Source: Candidatus Thorarchaeota archaeon (GTDB lineage: Archaea > Asgardarchaeota > Heimdallarchaeia > Hodarchaeales > Hodarchaeaceae). From it: a stretch of 32,000 nucleotides of DNA. Positions within the stretch are counted from its first letter, which is position 1, and each line of letters begins with the position of its first letter. The stretch covers positions 9,772-41,771 of the forward strand of contig JBHLRO010000025.1 in NCBI GenBank assembly GCA_048882505.1. Reading direction: 5' to 3'. The notes under the pieces were generated by a model. That model saw only the letters and a program-made list of their open reading frames with translations. It was not told the origin of the DNA and made no database searches. The position numbers and the translations under genes were made by a program. This document shows, one piece after another, positions 17,723-27,103 of the stretch.

Positions 17723-18979
17723 TTATTCAATCAAAGGAAAATGGCACGCTACCCAATGATTTGAACGCTGCTCTATGAGTTCTGGTTCATTTTCAATGCA
17801 TTTTGAAGGATCCACGATAGGACAACGAGGATGGAATCTGCAACCTGACGGAGGATTAATTGCATCTGGTACCTCCCCATGCGGCAAATCATATTTCTTT
17901 TCTCCAGGAATAGGTGTCGGAACTGCATCTATTAGGGCTCTCGTATACGGGTGGAGCGGATTTCTGAATATGGCCTCGACCTCTCCCATTTCAACGAGTT
18001 TTCCAACATACATTACCCCTATTCGGTCACCAAAATGCCTTGCTGTGGCCAGATCATGGGTTATAAAGAGAATTGAAAGATTATGTGCTAATTGGAGTGA
18101 TTTCAATGAGTCTAGAATACCTGCGCGTAAACTGACATCCAACATACTTGTAGGTTCATCAGCGATTATTAGCTCTGGATTCAATATTAATGCTCTCGCT
18201 ATGGAGGCTCGCTGCAGTTCACCGCCGCTAACTTCATGGGGAAATTTCGTATAATATTGTTGGGAAGGAGTTAAACCGATTTCTTCAAACACCTCCAGGA
18301 TGCCTGAATCAGCAATTTTTCTTCTACGAAACCAAGAATGATAGAAGTAGCTTCCCAAGGCGACAGTGAAAAGGGACACTCCAAAAAGAGCACTAAGGGT
18401 AACTATTGTCGAATCCTGAATAAAAAACACAAGCGTGAGAGCCAAAAGTGAAATTATACTACTTAAAATAAGAAAAAACTCCGAGTATACGGAGTTACGA
18501 TATCTCTTTCTGACCTCGGTGTCCGTAATCCTATTGTGAATTAATAAGGGATGAAGAACTGCATCCCCCAAACGCATACGTGGATTTAATGAGGAAAAAG
18601 GATTTTGAAAGACGACTTGAGATTTTATATTTCCTTTACGGGGTATTAACTCATTGTGTGTAATTTCATTGTTCTTCCACTTGAATTTTCCTGTTGTGGG
18701 AGTCTCTAAACCAACCAATATATTAGCAGTAGTCGTCTTTCCACATCCAGACTCACCAACCAAGCAGAAAATCTCTCCTTTATTGATTGAAAACGTGATA
18801 TCATCAACAGCTTTCACATATGTCTCTTGTCGAGTGAACAGTCTATCTAGAGTTCCATGCTCAACTGGAAAGTATTTTCTAAGGTTAGTTACTTCTATTA
18901 AAGTCTCCTTTTCTTTCTTATCAATAAGACCTGACATTGTCACTCCCTCACTATCTAAAATGGGATTCATAGGATTCAT
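17723..18979 (-). CDS. dppF: Oligopeptide/dipeptide ABC ATPase (OppF/DppF) with an internal two-TM insertion
   Basis: Walker A 'GESGCGKT', Q-loop 'VFQNP', signature 'VSGGELQR', Walker B 'IIADEP', H-loop 'ITHDL', C-terminal 'GCRFHPRC...C...ACH'. Hydrophobic insert at aa ~165-216. Confidence 0.92.
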   Translation of the reverse strand: MNPMNPILDSEGVTMSGLIDKKEKETLIEVTNLRKYFPVEHGTLDRLFTRQETYVKAVDDITFSINKGEIFCLVGESGCGKTTTANILVGLETPTTGKFKWKNNEITHNELIPRKGNIKSQVVFQNPFSSLNPRMRLGDAVLHPLLIHNRITDTEVRKRYRNSVYSEFFLILSSIISLLALTLVFFIQDSTIVTLSALFGVSLFTVALGSYFYHSWFRRRKIADSGILEVFEEIGLTPSQQYYTKFPHEVSGGELQRASIARALILNPELIIADEPTSMLDVSLRAGILDSLKSLQLAHNLSILFITHDLATARHFGDRIGVMYVGKLVEMGEVEAIFRNPLHPYTRALIDAVPTPIPGEKKYDLPHGEVPDAINPPSGCRFHPRCPIVDPSKCIENEPELIEQRSNHWVACHFPLIE

Positions 18980-19949
18980 GAAACATCAGACATTTGGCAA
19001 TATGTTGACTCTTTGACCCTATCATTATTAGCTCTGGGCTTTCTTTTCTGCAGACATCTTTTACAAAAGTGCACCGATCGGCAAAGGAACATCCTTTCGG
19101 GGGATTTCTTAGATCGGGAGGATGCCCGGGAATAAAACTAAGCTGCTTCTTTTCTTTCTCTTTGACATTGGGAATCGCCTTGATCAAGGCCTGTGTGTAA
19201 GGATGAGCTGGGCTTTCAAAGATAGTAAAGGTATCGCCTACCTCAACTATTTGACCGGCATACATTATGGCAACTCGATTTGTGATTTCCGCTACTACCC
19301 CCAAATCATGTGTAATGTAAATAACTGTCAATTTGTACTCTCTAATGATATCTTTTAGTAGCTGAAGGAGTCTTGCCTGAACCAAAACATCAAGTGCTGT
19401 GGTAGGTTCATCAGCAATAATCATTTTTGGATTCAAAATCAAGGTTAACGCTATTACAATTCGTTGTTGCATTCCGCCCGAAAATTGAAAGGGATTGTCT
19501 TTCAAGCGTGTGGGAGGGATTTCCAAACGGTGTAACAAAGATTTCACTTCTTCCCATTTTTCCTCAGTCCACAGCTCGTGTACTTTCAGAGTATCGATAA
19601 AATGATCTGAAACCTTCTGAAGAGGATTCAGGGCATTCTGAGAAGCCTGAAACACCATAGATATATCAGAACCACGAAGTTTTTCCATTTCCTCCTCGGA
19701 TAGCTGTACCAGATCTTTCTTATTATATAGAATTCTCCCTGAACGAATAACCCCGCCCTGAAGTAGGCCAAGGATTGAATAGCCCAGTGTGCTTTTTCCA
19801 CATCCAGATTCTCCCACCAGGCCTAAAACTTCTCCTTTGTCAATGGTGAGAGAGACATTATCTACCGCTCTCACATTTCCGTCAAGTGTGGGATATTCAA
19901 CGACCAGGTTCTGGATTTCCAATAACGGAGGTTTATCGCTATTTCGCAT
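18951..19949 (-). CDS. dppD: Oligopeptide/dipeptide ABC ATPase (OppD/DppD)
   Basis: 'GESGCGKS', 'FSGGMQQR', 'IIADEPTTALD', 'ITHDL', C-terminal Cys cluster 'GCSFADRC...C...C'. Start placed at ATG 19949 (track: 19997). Confidence 0.93.
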   Translation of the reverse strand: MRNSDKPPLLEIQNLVVEYPTLDGNVRAVDNVSLTIDKGEVLGLVGESGCGKSTLGYSILGLLQGGVIRSGRILYNKKDLVQLSEEEMEKLRGSDISMVFQASQNALNPLQKVSDHFIDTLKVHELWTEEKWEEVKSLLHRLEIPPTRLKDNPFQFSGGMQQRIVIALTLILNPKMIIADEPTTALDVLVQARLLQLLKDIIREYKLTVIYITHDLGVVAEITNRVAIMYAGQIVEVGDTFTIFESPAHPYTQALIKAIPNVKEKEKKQLSFIPGHPPDLRNPPKGCSFADRCTFVKDVCRKESPELIMIGSKSQHIAKCLMFHESYESHFR

Positions 19950-20889
19950 TATTTCGTCTACTGATGAGGGGATTGAACTTATCATTGAGTGCATCACCTA
20001 TAAGTGAAAAAGCAAAGGAGAGAACAAATATCATTAGCCCAGGGAAGAAAATCAGCCAAGGATAGGTGCGAACCCTTGAAAGAGATCTGTTTTCATATAC
20101 ATCATAACCCCAATCAGCTGTTGGAGGTTGTATACCGAGTCCTAGGAATGCTAAACCAGCATTTGTAAGAATTGCATCAGTCATATTGAAGGGAATGATC
20201 GCAATGGTAGAGGCCAAAATATTGGGAGTGATATATCTCAGCAAAATGGTTAACCTACCTGCTCCCATAGTTTTCGCAGCGTCAACGTAACCTTCTTTTT
20301 TTATTTGTAAAACTTGAGCCCGAACCACCCGAAAATACGTCGGAATGTAAACGACCGCAGTTGCAAAAGATACAGCGGCAACTGTTTTTAAGATACCGAA
20401 AGCAGCAAGGTAAATAGCGAAAACTATGGCAAATAATAAGGAAGGAAAAGAATAGATCGCATCTGCTATTAGAGTCAGTAGACGGTCCATTTTTCCCCCA
20501 AAGTATCCCGAAAGGACACCCAAAGGTATCCCAAATATATATGCCAGAATAGTTCCTGAAAACGCCATTAATAACGCTATTCTGGCCCCGTATATTACCC
20601 GTGCGAGTACATCGTAACCCAAGAGATTAGTTCCAAAAGGATGTTCTAAAGAAGGGGGGGCAAAACGTAAACTTGGAAACCGTTCATCGTAGGAATAAGG
20701 GGAAATGACATCTGCAAATAAGGCCATAACCAAAATCATAACAAAGAGAAATATCCCCAAAGTTAACGTTTTATTATATTTTATAGATCTAATAAGGCCG
20801 ATAAACGAGGATTTAACCGATAGACCTTGTTTTTTCGGTGTTAAAGGGGGAGTGACCAATTTTGTTTCACCAAAAAGATTTTCGATCAA
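19939..20889 (-). CDS. dppC: ABC transporter permease (DppC/OppC)
   Basis: 'PPSLEHPFGT..LGYDVLARVIYGARI', EAA loop 'YVDAAKTMGA', 'LAFLGLG', 'IGDALND'. Confidence 0.93.
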   Translation of the reverse strand: MIENLFGETKLVTPPLTPKKQGLSVKSSFIGLIRSIKYNKTLTLGIFLFVMILVMALFADVISPYSYDERFPSLRFAPPSLEHPFGTNLLGYDVLARVIYGARIALLMAFSGTILAYIFGIPLGVLSGYFGGKMDRLLTLIADAIYSFPSLLFAIVFAIYLAAFGILKTVAAVSFATAVVYIPTYFRVVRAQVLQIKKEGYVDAAKTMGAGRLTILLRYITPNILASTIAIIPFNMTDAILTNAGLAFLGLGIQPPTADWGYDVYENRSLSRVRTYPWLIFFPGLMIFVLSFAFSLIGDALNDKFNPLISRRNNAK

Positions 20890-22115
20890 TATGTTATTCT
20901 TGGATCAACTAGTGCATAGTAAATATCACTAATCAAGCTTAACAGACTTACAATAAGAACTGTGACAATTACTACGCCTTGGACTGCAGGATAGTCCTTT
21001 TCTGCAATTGCAAGAAACAAATATCTTCCTAAACCAGGTATATTGAACGTTGTTTCTGTTAGAATTGCACCAGCTAGCAATAGAGCAAACTGAAGACTTA
21101 TCAATCCGATCGTAGGTACCACCGCGTTTTTCAAAGTGTATCGATATATAACAGTTTTTTCGGGGATTCCACGTGATCGTGCGAAGTGAACGTAATCTTG
21201 CTCTAATTGAAAAATCATGTTTGTTCGAACTTGTCGTGCGATTACTGCAGCAATCAGCATTCCTAAAGCTAGACCAGGTAGAATCAGGTGAATGATTATA
21301 TCATAGGTTAAATCGGGGCGCCCACTTAATATGGTATCAATTATCCAAATATTTGTATAATGAGTGAATTCCCCGGTTGCTCCAGCGCTTATCGGGGATA
21401 GTGCGGGGAGAGGAAAAATCATAAACGAAATTATACCGATAACTATCACAAAAAATGAGACTCCAAATAGTTTGTTGGGTTGAACGGAAATACCAGCAAT
21501 CTTGGTTGTATCTCTCTTGTTAATAATCCTTAGAAAAACACCGACTAATAAACTGAAGACTCCCATTATTATGATTATTATAGCTATAGGGCGTAAAAGC
21601 GGACCTAGAAAGCCAGATCTTGAAAACATCATTTGAAGTAAAATTCCTACCAGGAATATAGGGATCGAATAATCACCTATTGTGTACAAGCGAATAGAGT
21701 GGTCCTCTGCTTTGTCTCTTTTAGCACCAGAAACACCACCTAATATAATCCCTAATGGCACACCTATCAAAGTTCCGAAAGTTCCCAACGTCAAAGTGAG
21801 GCCAAATGCCTGTTGAATTTCCGCGGTTACCAAACCATTTGTTCTGAAAGACGTTCCAAAATCAAATGTTACGGCACGAACCAAGAATTCAAAATACTGT
21901 TCATGTAGCGGTTTATTCAGCCCAAATCTCTCCGAAATAAGTTCTACTTGATCGGGTGTCAGTTTCGGATTCAAAACAAGAGCAGGATTTGCCCCAGGTA
22001 GTACACGTAACAAGAAGAAGACGATGGATATTAATAGCCAAATCATAGGAATAAGAAGCACTATCCTTGTAAAAATAAAGGAACGTAATGAGCCCAATTT
22101 TATCAGAATCTCCAA
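20886..22115 (-). CDS. dppB: ABC transporter permease (DppB/OppB) with an extra two-TM insertion
   Basis: 'RVLPGANP', 'GLNKPLHEQY', 'DFGTS', 'HLILP', EAA loop 'DYVHFARSRG', 'GLGRYL', 'DYPAVQG', 'DPRI'. Extra hydrophobic segment at aa ~166-234. Confidence 0.92.
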   Translation of the reverse strand: MEILIKLGSLRSFIFTRIVLLIPMIWLLISIVFFLLRVLPGANPALVLNPKLTPDQVELISERFGLNKPLHEQYFEFLVRAVTFDFGTSFRTNGLVTAEIQQAFGLTLTLGTFGTLIGVPLGIILGGVSGAKRDKAEDHSIRLYTIGDYSIPIFLVGILLQMMFSRSGFLGPLLRPIAIIIIIMGVFSLLVGVFLRIINKRDTTKIAGISVQPNKLFGVSFFVIVIGIISFMIFPLPALSPISAGATGEFTHYTNIWIIDTILSGRPDLTYDIIIHLILPGLALGMLIAAVIARQVRTNMIFQLEQDYVHFARSRGIPEKTVIYRYTLKNAVVPTIGLISLQFALLLAGAILTETTFNIPGLGRYLFLAIAEKDYPAVQGVVIVTVLIVSLLSLISDIYYALVDPRITY

Positions 22116-22320
22116 TTTGTCGTGATTAACCCAATGAAATTCGGTTGGAACGTGTTGGATGAAAGAAACTTTTGCTGATTAGCAAACTGATCATCTTAAA
22201 AATACATATTAGGGAACCCCGTCATCAGTATGAAGTTACGATGGTGTCAGATCCAGTACCATTGGTGTTTACAGATCCGAGTTTTAAGCCTATGTAGTAA
22301 TCAGTCTCACTTCGGCAGAT

Positions 22321-22334
22321 TATATAAAATTTGG
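22321..22334 (-). promoter_or_regulatory. Candidate BRE/TATA for an internal dppB promoter
   Basis: The minus strand reads CCAAATTTTATATA, between the SBP terminator and dppB. Confidence 0.3.
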
Positions 22335-22367
22335 TAGAAATGCAGATCGATGATTATATTTAGGTAT

Positions 22368-22408
22368 GAGAAGAAAAAAAAAAGAAGGAGGGATTGGAAG
22401 AAGAAAGA
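22368..22408 (-). terminator. T-rich terminator after the solute-binding protein gene
   Basis: Purine tract on the + strand (A10 at 22374-22383), which is a pyrimidine/T10 tract on the coding strand immediately after the stop at 22412. Confidence 0.55.
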
Positions 22409-22411
22409 TGT

Positions 22412-24067
22412 CTAATGCTTTCTTCTGGATCTGAGAAAGATCACAACGACCCCAATGGAAATGATTGCGACCAAAGTTGGGAGTGTTTCGAACCCTGGCG
22501 TTGGTGCTGCTGGTGCCACAATAGAGCTATAATGAACATTCTCCGAGGGTTCTAATAGTACACCTGTAACGCCTGGTTGCCATGCAGTAAATTGAGAGAG
22601 CATTGTAAATAGTGGAATTAGTGGAACATCTTGGGCCATCAGTTTTTGGGCATTTTCGGACGCTGTTTTTCTGTTTGCTGCATTTGAATCGGTCAGGATA
22701 GTATCAATGTAGTTGTCCATATTGGTATCAGAATAATTAACACCAAAGCTGACAGAACCCGAACCAAGGAAGGGATCTATATAGTTACTTGCGTCTGGGT
22801 AGTCAAACCACCATCCAAGGAGATAGAAGCCCATGGTTTTTCGCTGATCGAGATATTGGGTCCATTCTACGTTTTTAAGAGTTACATCGAAGAATCCTGT
22901 CGCCTCGAACTGATTTTTCAGCAATTGAGCAACTGAAGCTTCTGTATCCCCATAGTGTGTTGGAGTGTACCACATATCAAGAGCGAATTTATTGGTGTCT
23001 TTAACATAACCAGATTGAGTCATGTTTGCTGCTACGTAAGCTTGCGAAGGGCCGTCCATAAATGTATCTATGTGGCTAGTGAATATCTTTGGAACCATAC
23101 TAAATAGAGGTTCGTTGAAATTATCAAAGACCGTATCAACGATCTCGGTTCGATTAATTGCGGCAGCTAGTCCTCTTCTGACATTAATGTCGGTATACAT
23201 ATCCACGTTGATAAGCAGATACCTAATTCCTGCGGAGGACTTGGTGGCAAATTCCAAGTTATCATTTGCCATTACAGAAGCCATCTCATCAGGCCCAAAA
23301 ACACGATGGGCAACATCGATATCACCATTCTCGAGTGCAGTTAACATCGTGGAAGCATCGGTATAGAATTTTACGATTATTCTGTCGTTTTTAGGTGCGG
23401 TACCGAAGTAGTTTGGATTGGGGACCAAAATAAGTTCGACATCTTTTGTCCACGTATCAATCATATAGGGACCTAGTCCGGCCGGTAGCGTATCTGCAGA
23501 TCGTCCTGATAACTCGTCTGCGGGCAAAGAAATCGTACTAATGGGCCAAGCAACTGTATATACCAATCTTTGGAGAAAAGTAGCATCAGCAATGTTCAAG
23601 TAGATTTTGACATGCGTTTCGTCAACTACCTCGGTTTTGTTAACAACATCTGTCAGTAGAAAGGCAGGTTCTCCATCAGGTAGAGCTAGGACTCGATCAA
23701 TATTCCATTTCACAGCTGTTGCATTGAACGCTGTACCGTCACTGAATTTAATTCCCGTCTTTAACGTAAAAGTATATTCCTTGCCATCAGTGCTAATACT
23801 GTAATCTTCGATAATAGGCCCTTTCTGAGCATCGGTCGAATCCAATGGCATTTCCATTAGTCCATGCGTGATTTGGACGAGGACATTAGACGAAAAATAG
23901 TCGTAAGAGTCCGCTGGATCCAATTTAGTCACTGAATCTGTGGTCCCAATAACAACAGTTCCACCTTGCGCTTGTACGGGTAGAACAGGTGCCATTGCGA
24001 ATAATCCCACACAGAAGACTAAGACTATAAATATAGATAATCTTTTCCTGTTTTTCACAGTGTTCAC
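22412..24067 (-). CDS. dppA: Family 5 ABC solute-binding protein with signal peptide and C-terminal PGF-CTERM-like anchor
   Basis: N-terminal basic plus hydrophobic signal, 'LDPA', 'YTFTLK.GIKFSDGT.FNA..VKWNI.R', 'GLGPY', 'NPNY'. The C-terminus is 'PTPGFE' + TM + 'RSRRKH'. Confidence 0.92.
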   Translation of the reverse strand: MNTVKNRKRLSIFIVLVFCVGLFAMAPVLPVQAQGGTVVIGTTDSVTKLDPADSYDYFSSNVLVQITHGLMEMPLDSTDAQKGPIIEDYSISTDGKEYTFTLKTGIKFSDGTAFNATAVKWNIDRVLALPDGEPAFLLTDVVNKTEVVDETHVKIYLNIADATFLQRLVYTVAWPISTISLPADELSGRSADTLPAGLGPYMIDTWTKDVELILVPNPNYFGTAPKNDRIIVKFYTDASTMLTALENGDIDVAHRVFGPDEMASVMANDNLEFATKSSAGIRYLLINVDMYTDINVRRGLAAAINRTEIVDTVFDNFNEPLFSMVPKIFTSHIDTFMDGPSQAYVAANMTQSGYVKDTNKFALDMWYTPTHYGDTEASVAQLLKNQFEATGFFDVTLKNVEWTQYLDQRKTMGFYLLGWWFDYPDASNYIDPFLGSGSVSFGVNYSDTNMDNYIDTILTDSNAANRKTASENAQKLMAQDVPLIPLFTMLSQFTAWQPGVTGVLLEPSENVHYSSIVAPAAPTPGFETLPTLVAIISIGVVVIFLRSRRKH

Positions 24068-24498
24068 CTTAGCGATGTGCTTATTTAAAACACACGGTTA
24101 ATGTATATTACATCAGGCCTTAAAAGCTTTAGTGCGTGGGCAGAGCTACTTCAAATGAGGGTAGATTATTTGTTGTATATCCAAATAGATTTCGTGGAAT
24201 TTAATCAAAATGGGGCCGCTTCTTGCCCTATTAGGCTTCAAAAAGATTAAATTTCATTTATTCTCTCTTTTAATGGTAATTCCTCAGAGTGACATTAATC
24301 AGAAAAGTTAAAGATTTTTAGTTTGGCGATATACGAAATCTACGAACTTGGTAAATATTTAGGTACTAGATTACTGGGCACTCTCCTCCTCGGCCGAAGA
24401 AATCGATTCTATACTTTGTCACTAGCTGATTTTGAGGAAATGATGCTCAGGAGATAGTTTTTCCCTTTTTATATACCCCAAAGTTCCTTAATTGAGAA

Positions 24499-25005
24499 TC
24501 AGGTAGTCCATTTCGCTATTAGGGCTGGAAAATTTTCGGCAGCGCTTCGGCGTTTCCGCTGGTTAACTTTTTCTGCTTCAATATAAAGGAGTGCTTCAGG
24601 TTCGCAGGTTTTGACGCACTGAGGATCACCTCCACAGAGATCACATTTTATGACTTTCTTTTTTCCCCTTTCAGAGGTGATCGCGACCGCTCCAAATGGA
24701 CAGTCTCTGATACATAGTTTACAGTTTACACACAATTCGTAATCAATAACCAGCGCTTGGGTAATTTCGTCTCGAGATATCGCTTCCCGTTTGCGGCAGG
24801 CGTCCTGACAAGGTGCAGGGGTACACTGATGGCAGAAAATCGGAAGATAACCCCTATCGGCAGAAATTTTAAGGATATGGATTCGTGAAAGAGAGGGATT
24901 TATCACATTCTCATTATAAAGCGAACAAATAGATTCACAGAGGCGACAACCAGTACATTTCTCAGGTTCGACGAAAAGGATTTTTTGCATTCTTCTATTC
25001 ATCAT
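24499..25005 (-). CDS. 4Fe-4S dicluster electron-transfer subunit of AOR
   Basis: Four Cys groups: 'CTGCRLCESIC', 'CHQCTPAPCQDAC', 'CVNCKLCIRDCP', 'KCDLCGGDPQCVKTC'. Directly downstream of AOR. Confidence 0.9.
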   Translation of the reverse strand: MMNRRMQKILFVEPEKCTGCRLCESICSLYNENVINPSLSRIHILKISADRGYLPIFCHQCTPAPCQDACRKREAISRDEITQALVIDYELCVNCKLCIRDCPFGAVAITSERGKKKVIKCDLCGGDPQCVKTCEPEALLYIEAEKVNQRKRRSAAENFPALIAKWTT

Positions 25006-25032
25006 CTTCCTTTATGGGTAAATTTGGATTGA

Positions 25033-26952
25033 TTAGATTATGTAGGTTGGTTCTTGATCCAAAGAGAGCTGTTTCAGTGTGTTCGGTGTGGGAATTCCCT
25101 GATCATTCCATCCATGAAGTCCGTAATACTCATCAAGCATCGTGTTAAATTTCGAACGATCAATCACCTTGCCTTTCACGAGTGGAAATCCCAGCTGCGT
25201 AGGTTCAGTAAAAAACCTTTCAGGTAACGTATCGTCTCCCCTCGAGAACCCCTCTCGCAAATTAAAAAGCCTCTCGATTGTATAAATGCGTTCTCCAGCT
25301 TCCATTAACTGGGTTTTCGACAAATCAAGCCCTGCGGCGTATTTAAGCAATTTGGAAAACTCTTCCCATTTAGGAGAATTGACACTGAGAAACACTGTCT
25401 GGAATTTACAGATTCCCAAGGAATCTGTAATCGCATAGAGTAGTTCTTGCCACCATACCATGCGGCTTTTCCCCTCATAAGATGTGTAATCTGACGATAC
25501 AGGTCCCCCGTAAATTTCTTTTAGAAGATTCTCAGGCAATCCATATAGATCTATTGCTGGCCTACTACGGAGGTGGTCAGCTCCCCGTGTGGCTGTCGCA
25601 ATTCCCAGTGCAAAACTCGGTGTCGGACGTTCATCACTGTGCAAACTACTTAGTCCCTTGACCTGGATTGCGTAACGATCTGAATTTTGACCTATTTCCT
25701 TGATTGCGGAAGGAAAACCTTTAGCCAAGACATCTCCCAGACCTTCTCGGTATGCGATTCGGCGGATCATCTCAAGCATGGCTTCCTCATTTCCCCAAGT
25801 GAGTTCTATACCGTCTGCCATTTTTTTATTCAGTATTCCCTTTTCATAAAGTTCAAAAGCCCACGAAAGTATTCCCCCAGTTTCAAGGGTATCCAAACCA
25901 TACTGATTTACAAGATGATTTGCCACTAGGACTGTATCAAGTTGTTTTACATCCATCATTGTCCCAAACGCCCCCAGAGAGGTATATTCTGGCCCCTCAC
26001 CTTTGATTATACCGTATCCCTTCCTTTCTACTGAGTAGCGATGTCTGCAGGCGATCTGACATCCATAACAGGCTGTCATCCCAGTGGTGAATTTATCCAT
26101 ATTTTCTGGTTCAAGATCCTCTCCGTCTTCAAGCTTATTCAGCTGGAAGTTTTTTGTCCTGATGAGGCCGGTTGTGTTGGTATTGCTGTAAATAATCATG
26201 GTACCCCATCGTGATTGCGCACGAGCCCATCGTGAGTTCATGACTTTCTCATTCATTTCGGTACAATATTTGAGGAGTTCCTTGGGGTGAACAAATTCAA
26301 CACTGTTCGTTCCTCTAGCAGCTATCGCCTTAAGGTTCTTAGAACCCATTACTGCCCCCATCCCTGTTCTTCCAGCTGCGCTTTTCATTCCCGTTCTTAC
26401 GTTCGCAAATCGGACTTTATTCTCCCCAGCGACACCGATTACTAGAGCCTGGATTTCCTCATCTTCATTCTCCGTACGGATTTTATTTTGGGCTTCAAAG
26501 GTATCCATTCCCCACAGGTGGGCAGCATCTCTTAACTCGATTTCTCCATCATTCAAGAAAACATATCGTGGACTATTCGCTTTTCCTCGAATAACCAGGT
26601 GATCAAATCCCGCAAACTTCATTTCGGGTCCGAAAAATCCTCCTATACTAGAGTCTCCAATTCCCCCTGTGATCGGGGATTTTGCAGAAATTTGACTTCG
26701 GCCTGCGCCCAAGGCTGGAATACCCGTAAGCAGTCCAGCACCAACCAAAAGCACATTTTCAGGTCCCAATGGATCTATTTTGGGAGGTAGATGATTGTAA
26801 AGAAGGTACATATTGATCCCCCGTCCACCTACATACTTTTTTCGGATCCCTTTAGGGATTTGACCTATTGAAATCTTCTCCGTGGATAGGTCAATATAAG
26901 CAATTTTACGGTTCCAGACCATTAATCCACCTCGATAGTCATTCTCAATCAT
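25033..26952 (-). CDS. aor: Tungsten-dependent aldehyde:ferredoxin oxidoreductase family protein (AOR/WOR)
   Basis: 'KSPITG', 'GFDHLVI.G', 'AAGRTGMGAVMGSKNLKAI', 'CYGCQIAC', 'EGPEY', 'GLDT', 'RGADH', 'GICKF', 'DDTLPERF', 'YY..HGW'. An alternative start at ATG 26922 has a GAGGTG SD. Confidence 0.93.
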   Translation of the reverse strand: MIENDYRGGLMVWNRKIAYIDLSTEKISIGQIPKGIRKKYVGGRGINMYLLYNHLPPKIDPLGPENVLLVGAGLLTGIPALGAGRSQISAKSPITGGIGDSSIGGFFGPEMKFAGFDHLVIRGKANSPRYVFLNDGEIELRDAAHLWGMDTFEAQNKIRTENEDEEIQALVIGVAGENKVRFANVRTGMKSAAGRTGMGAVMGSKNLKAIAARGTNSVEFVHPKELLKYCTEMNEKVMNSRWARAQSRWGTMIIYSNTNTTGLIRTKNFQLNKLEDGEDLEPENMDKFTTGMTACYGCQIACRHRYSVERKGYGIIKGEGPEYTSLGAFGTMMDVKQLDTVLVANHLVNQYGLDTLETGGILSWAFELYEKGILNKKMADGIELTWGNEEAMLEMIRRIAYREGLGDVLAKGFPSAIKEIGQNSDRYAIQVKGLSSLHSDERPTPSFALGIATATRGADHLRSRPAIDLYGLPENLLKEIYGGPVSSDYTSYEGKSRMVWWQELLYAITDSLGICKFQTVFLSVNSPKWEEFSKLLKYAAGLDLSKTQLMEAGERIYTIERLFNLREGFSRGDDTLPERFFTEPTQLGFPLVKGKVIDRSKFNTMLDEYYGLHGWNDQGIPTPNTLKQLSLDQEPTYII

Positions 26953-27097
26953 CTAAGCCTCTAATTTTCGGTTGGTCGGAACGGGGCCAAGATATTCTGT
27001 AGTTGGTACCGCAAAAAGGACAGGTAGCGTGATCGGAATCGATTTCTTCGATCGGAAATCGTTTCAAACAGTTCAAACATCTAACGGTGTTCGCCAT
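26945..27097 (-). CDS. Small Zn-ribbon protein (50 aa), missing from the ORF track
   Basis: Manual translation: MANTVRCLNCLKRFPIEEIDSDHATCPFCGTNYRISWPRSDQPKIRGLDD*. Has CxxC-x15-CPxC. Starts 6 nt after the MoaD-like stop, and its stop overlaps the AOR ATG. Confidence 0.75.
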   Translation of the reverse strand: MANTVRCLNCLKRFPIEEIDSDHATCPFCGTNYRISWPRSDQPKIRGLDD

Positions 27098-27103
27098 TTT
27101 CCT

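Noticed and set aside
25033-26952. AOR-family protein as a class II benzoyl-CoA reductase (BamB)
   Set aside because: It has the typical AOR 'EGPEY' and 'RGADH' regions rather than the BamB-type motifs, no bamC-I genes are present, and a class I reductase is present.
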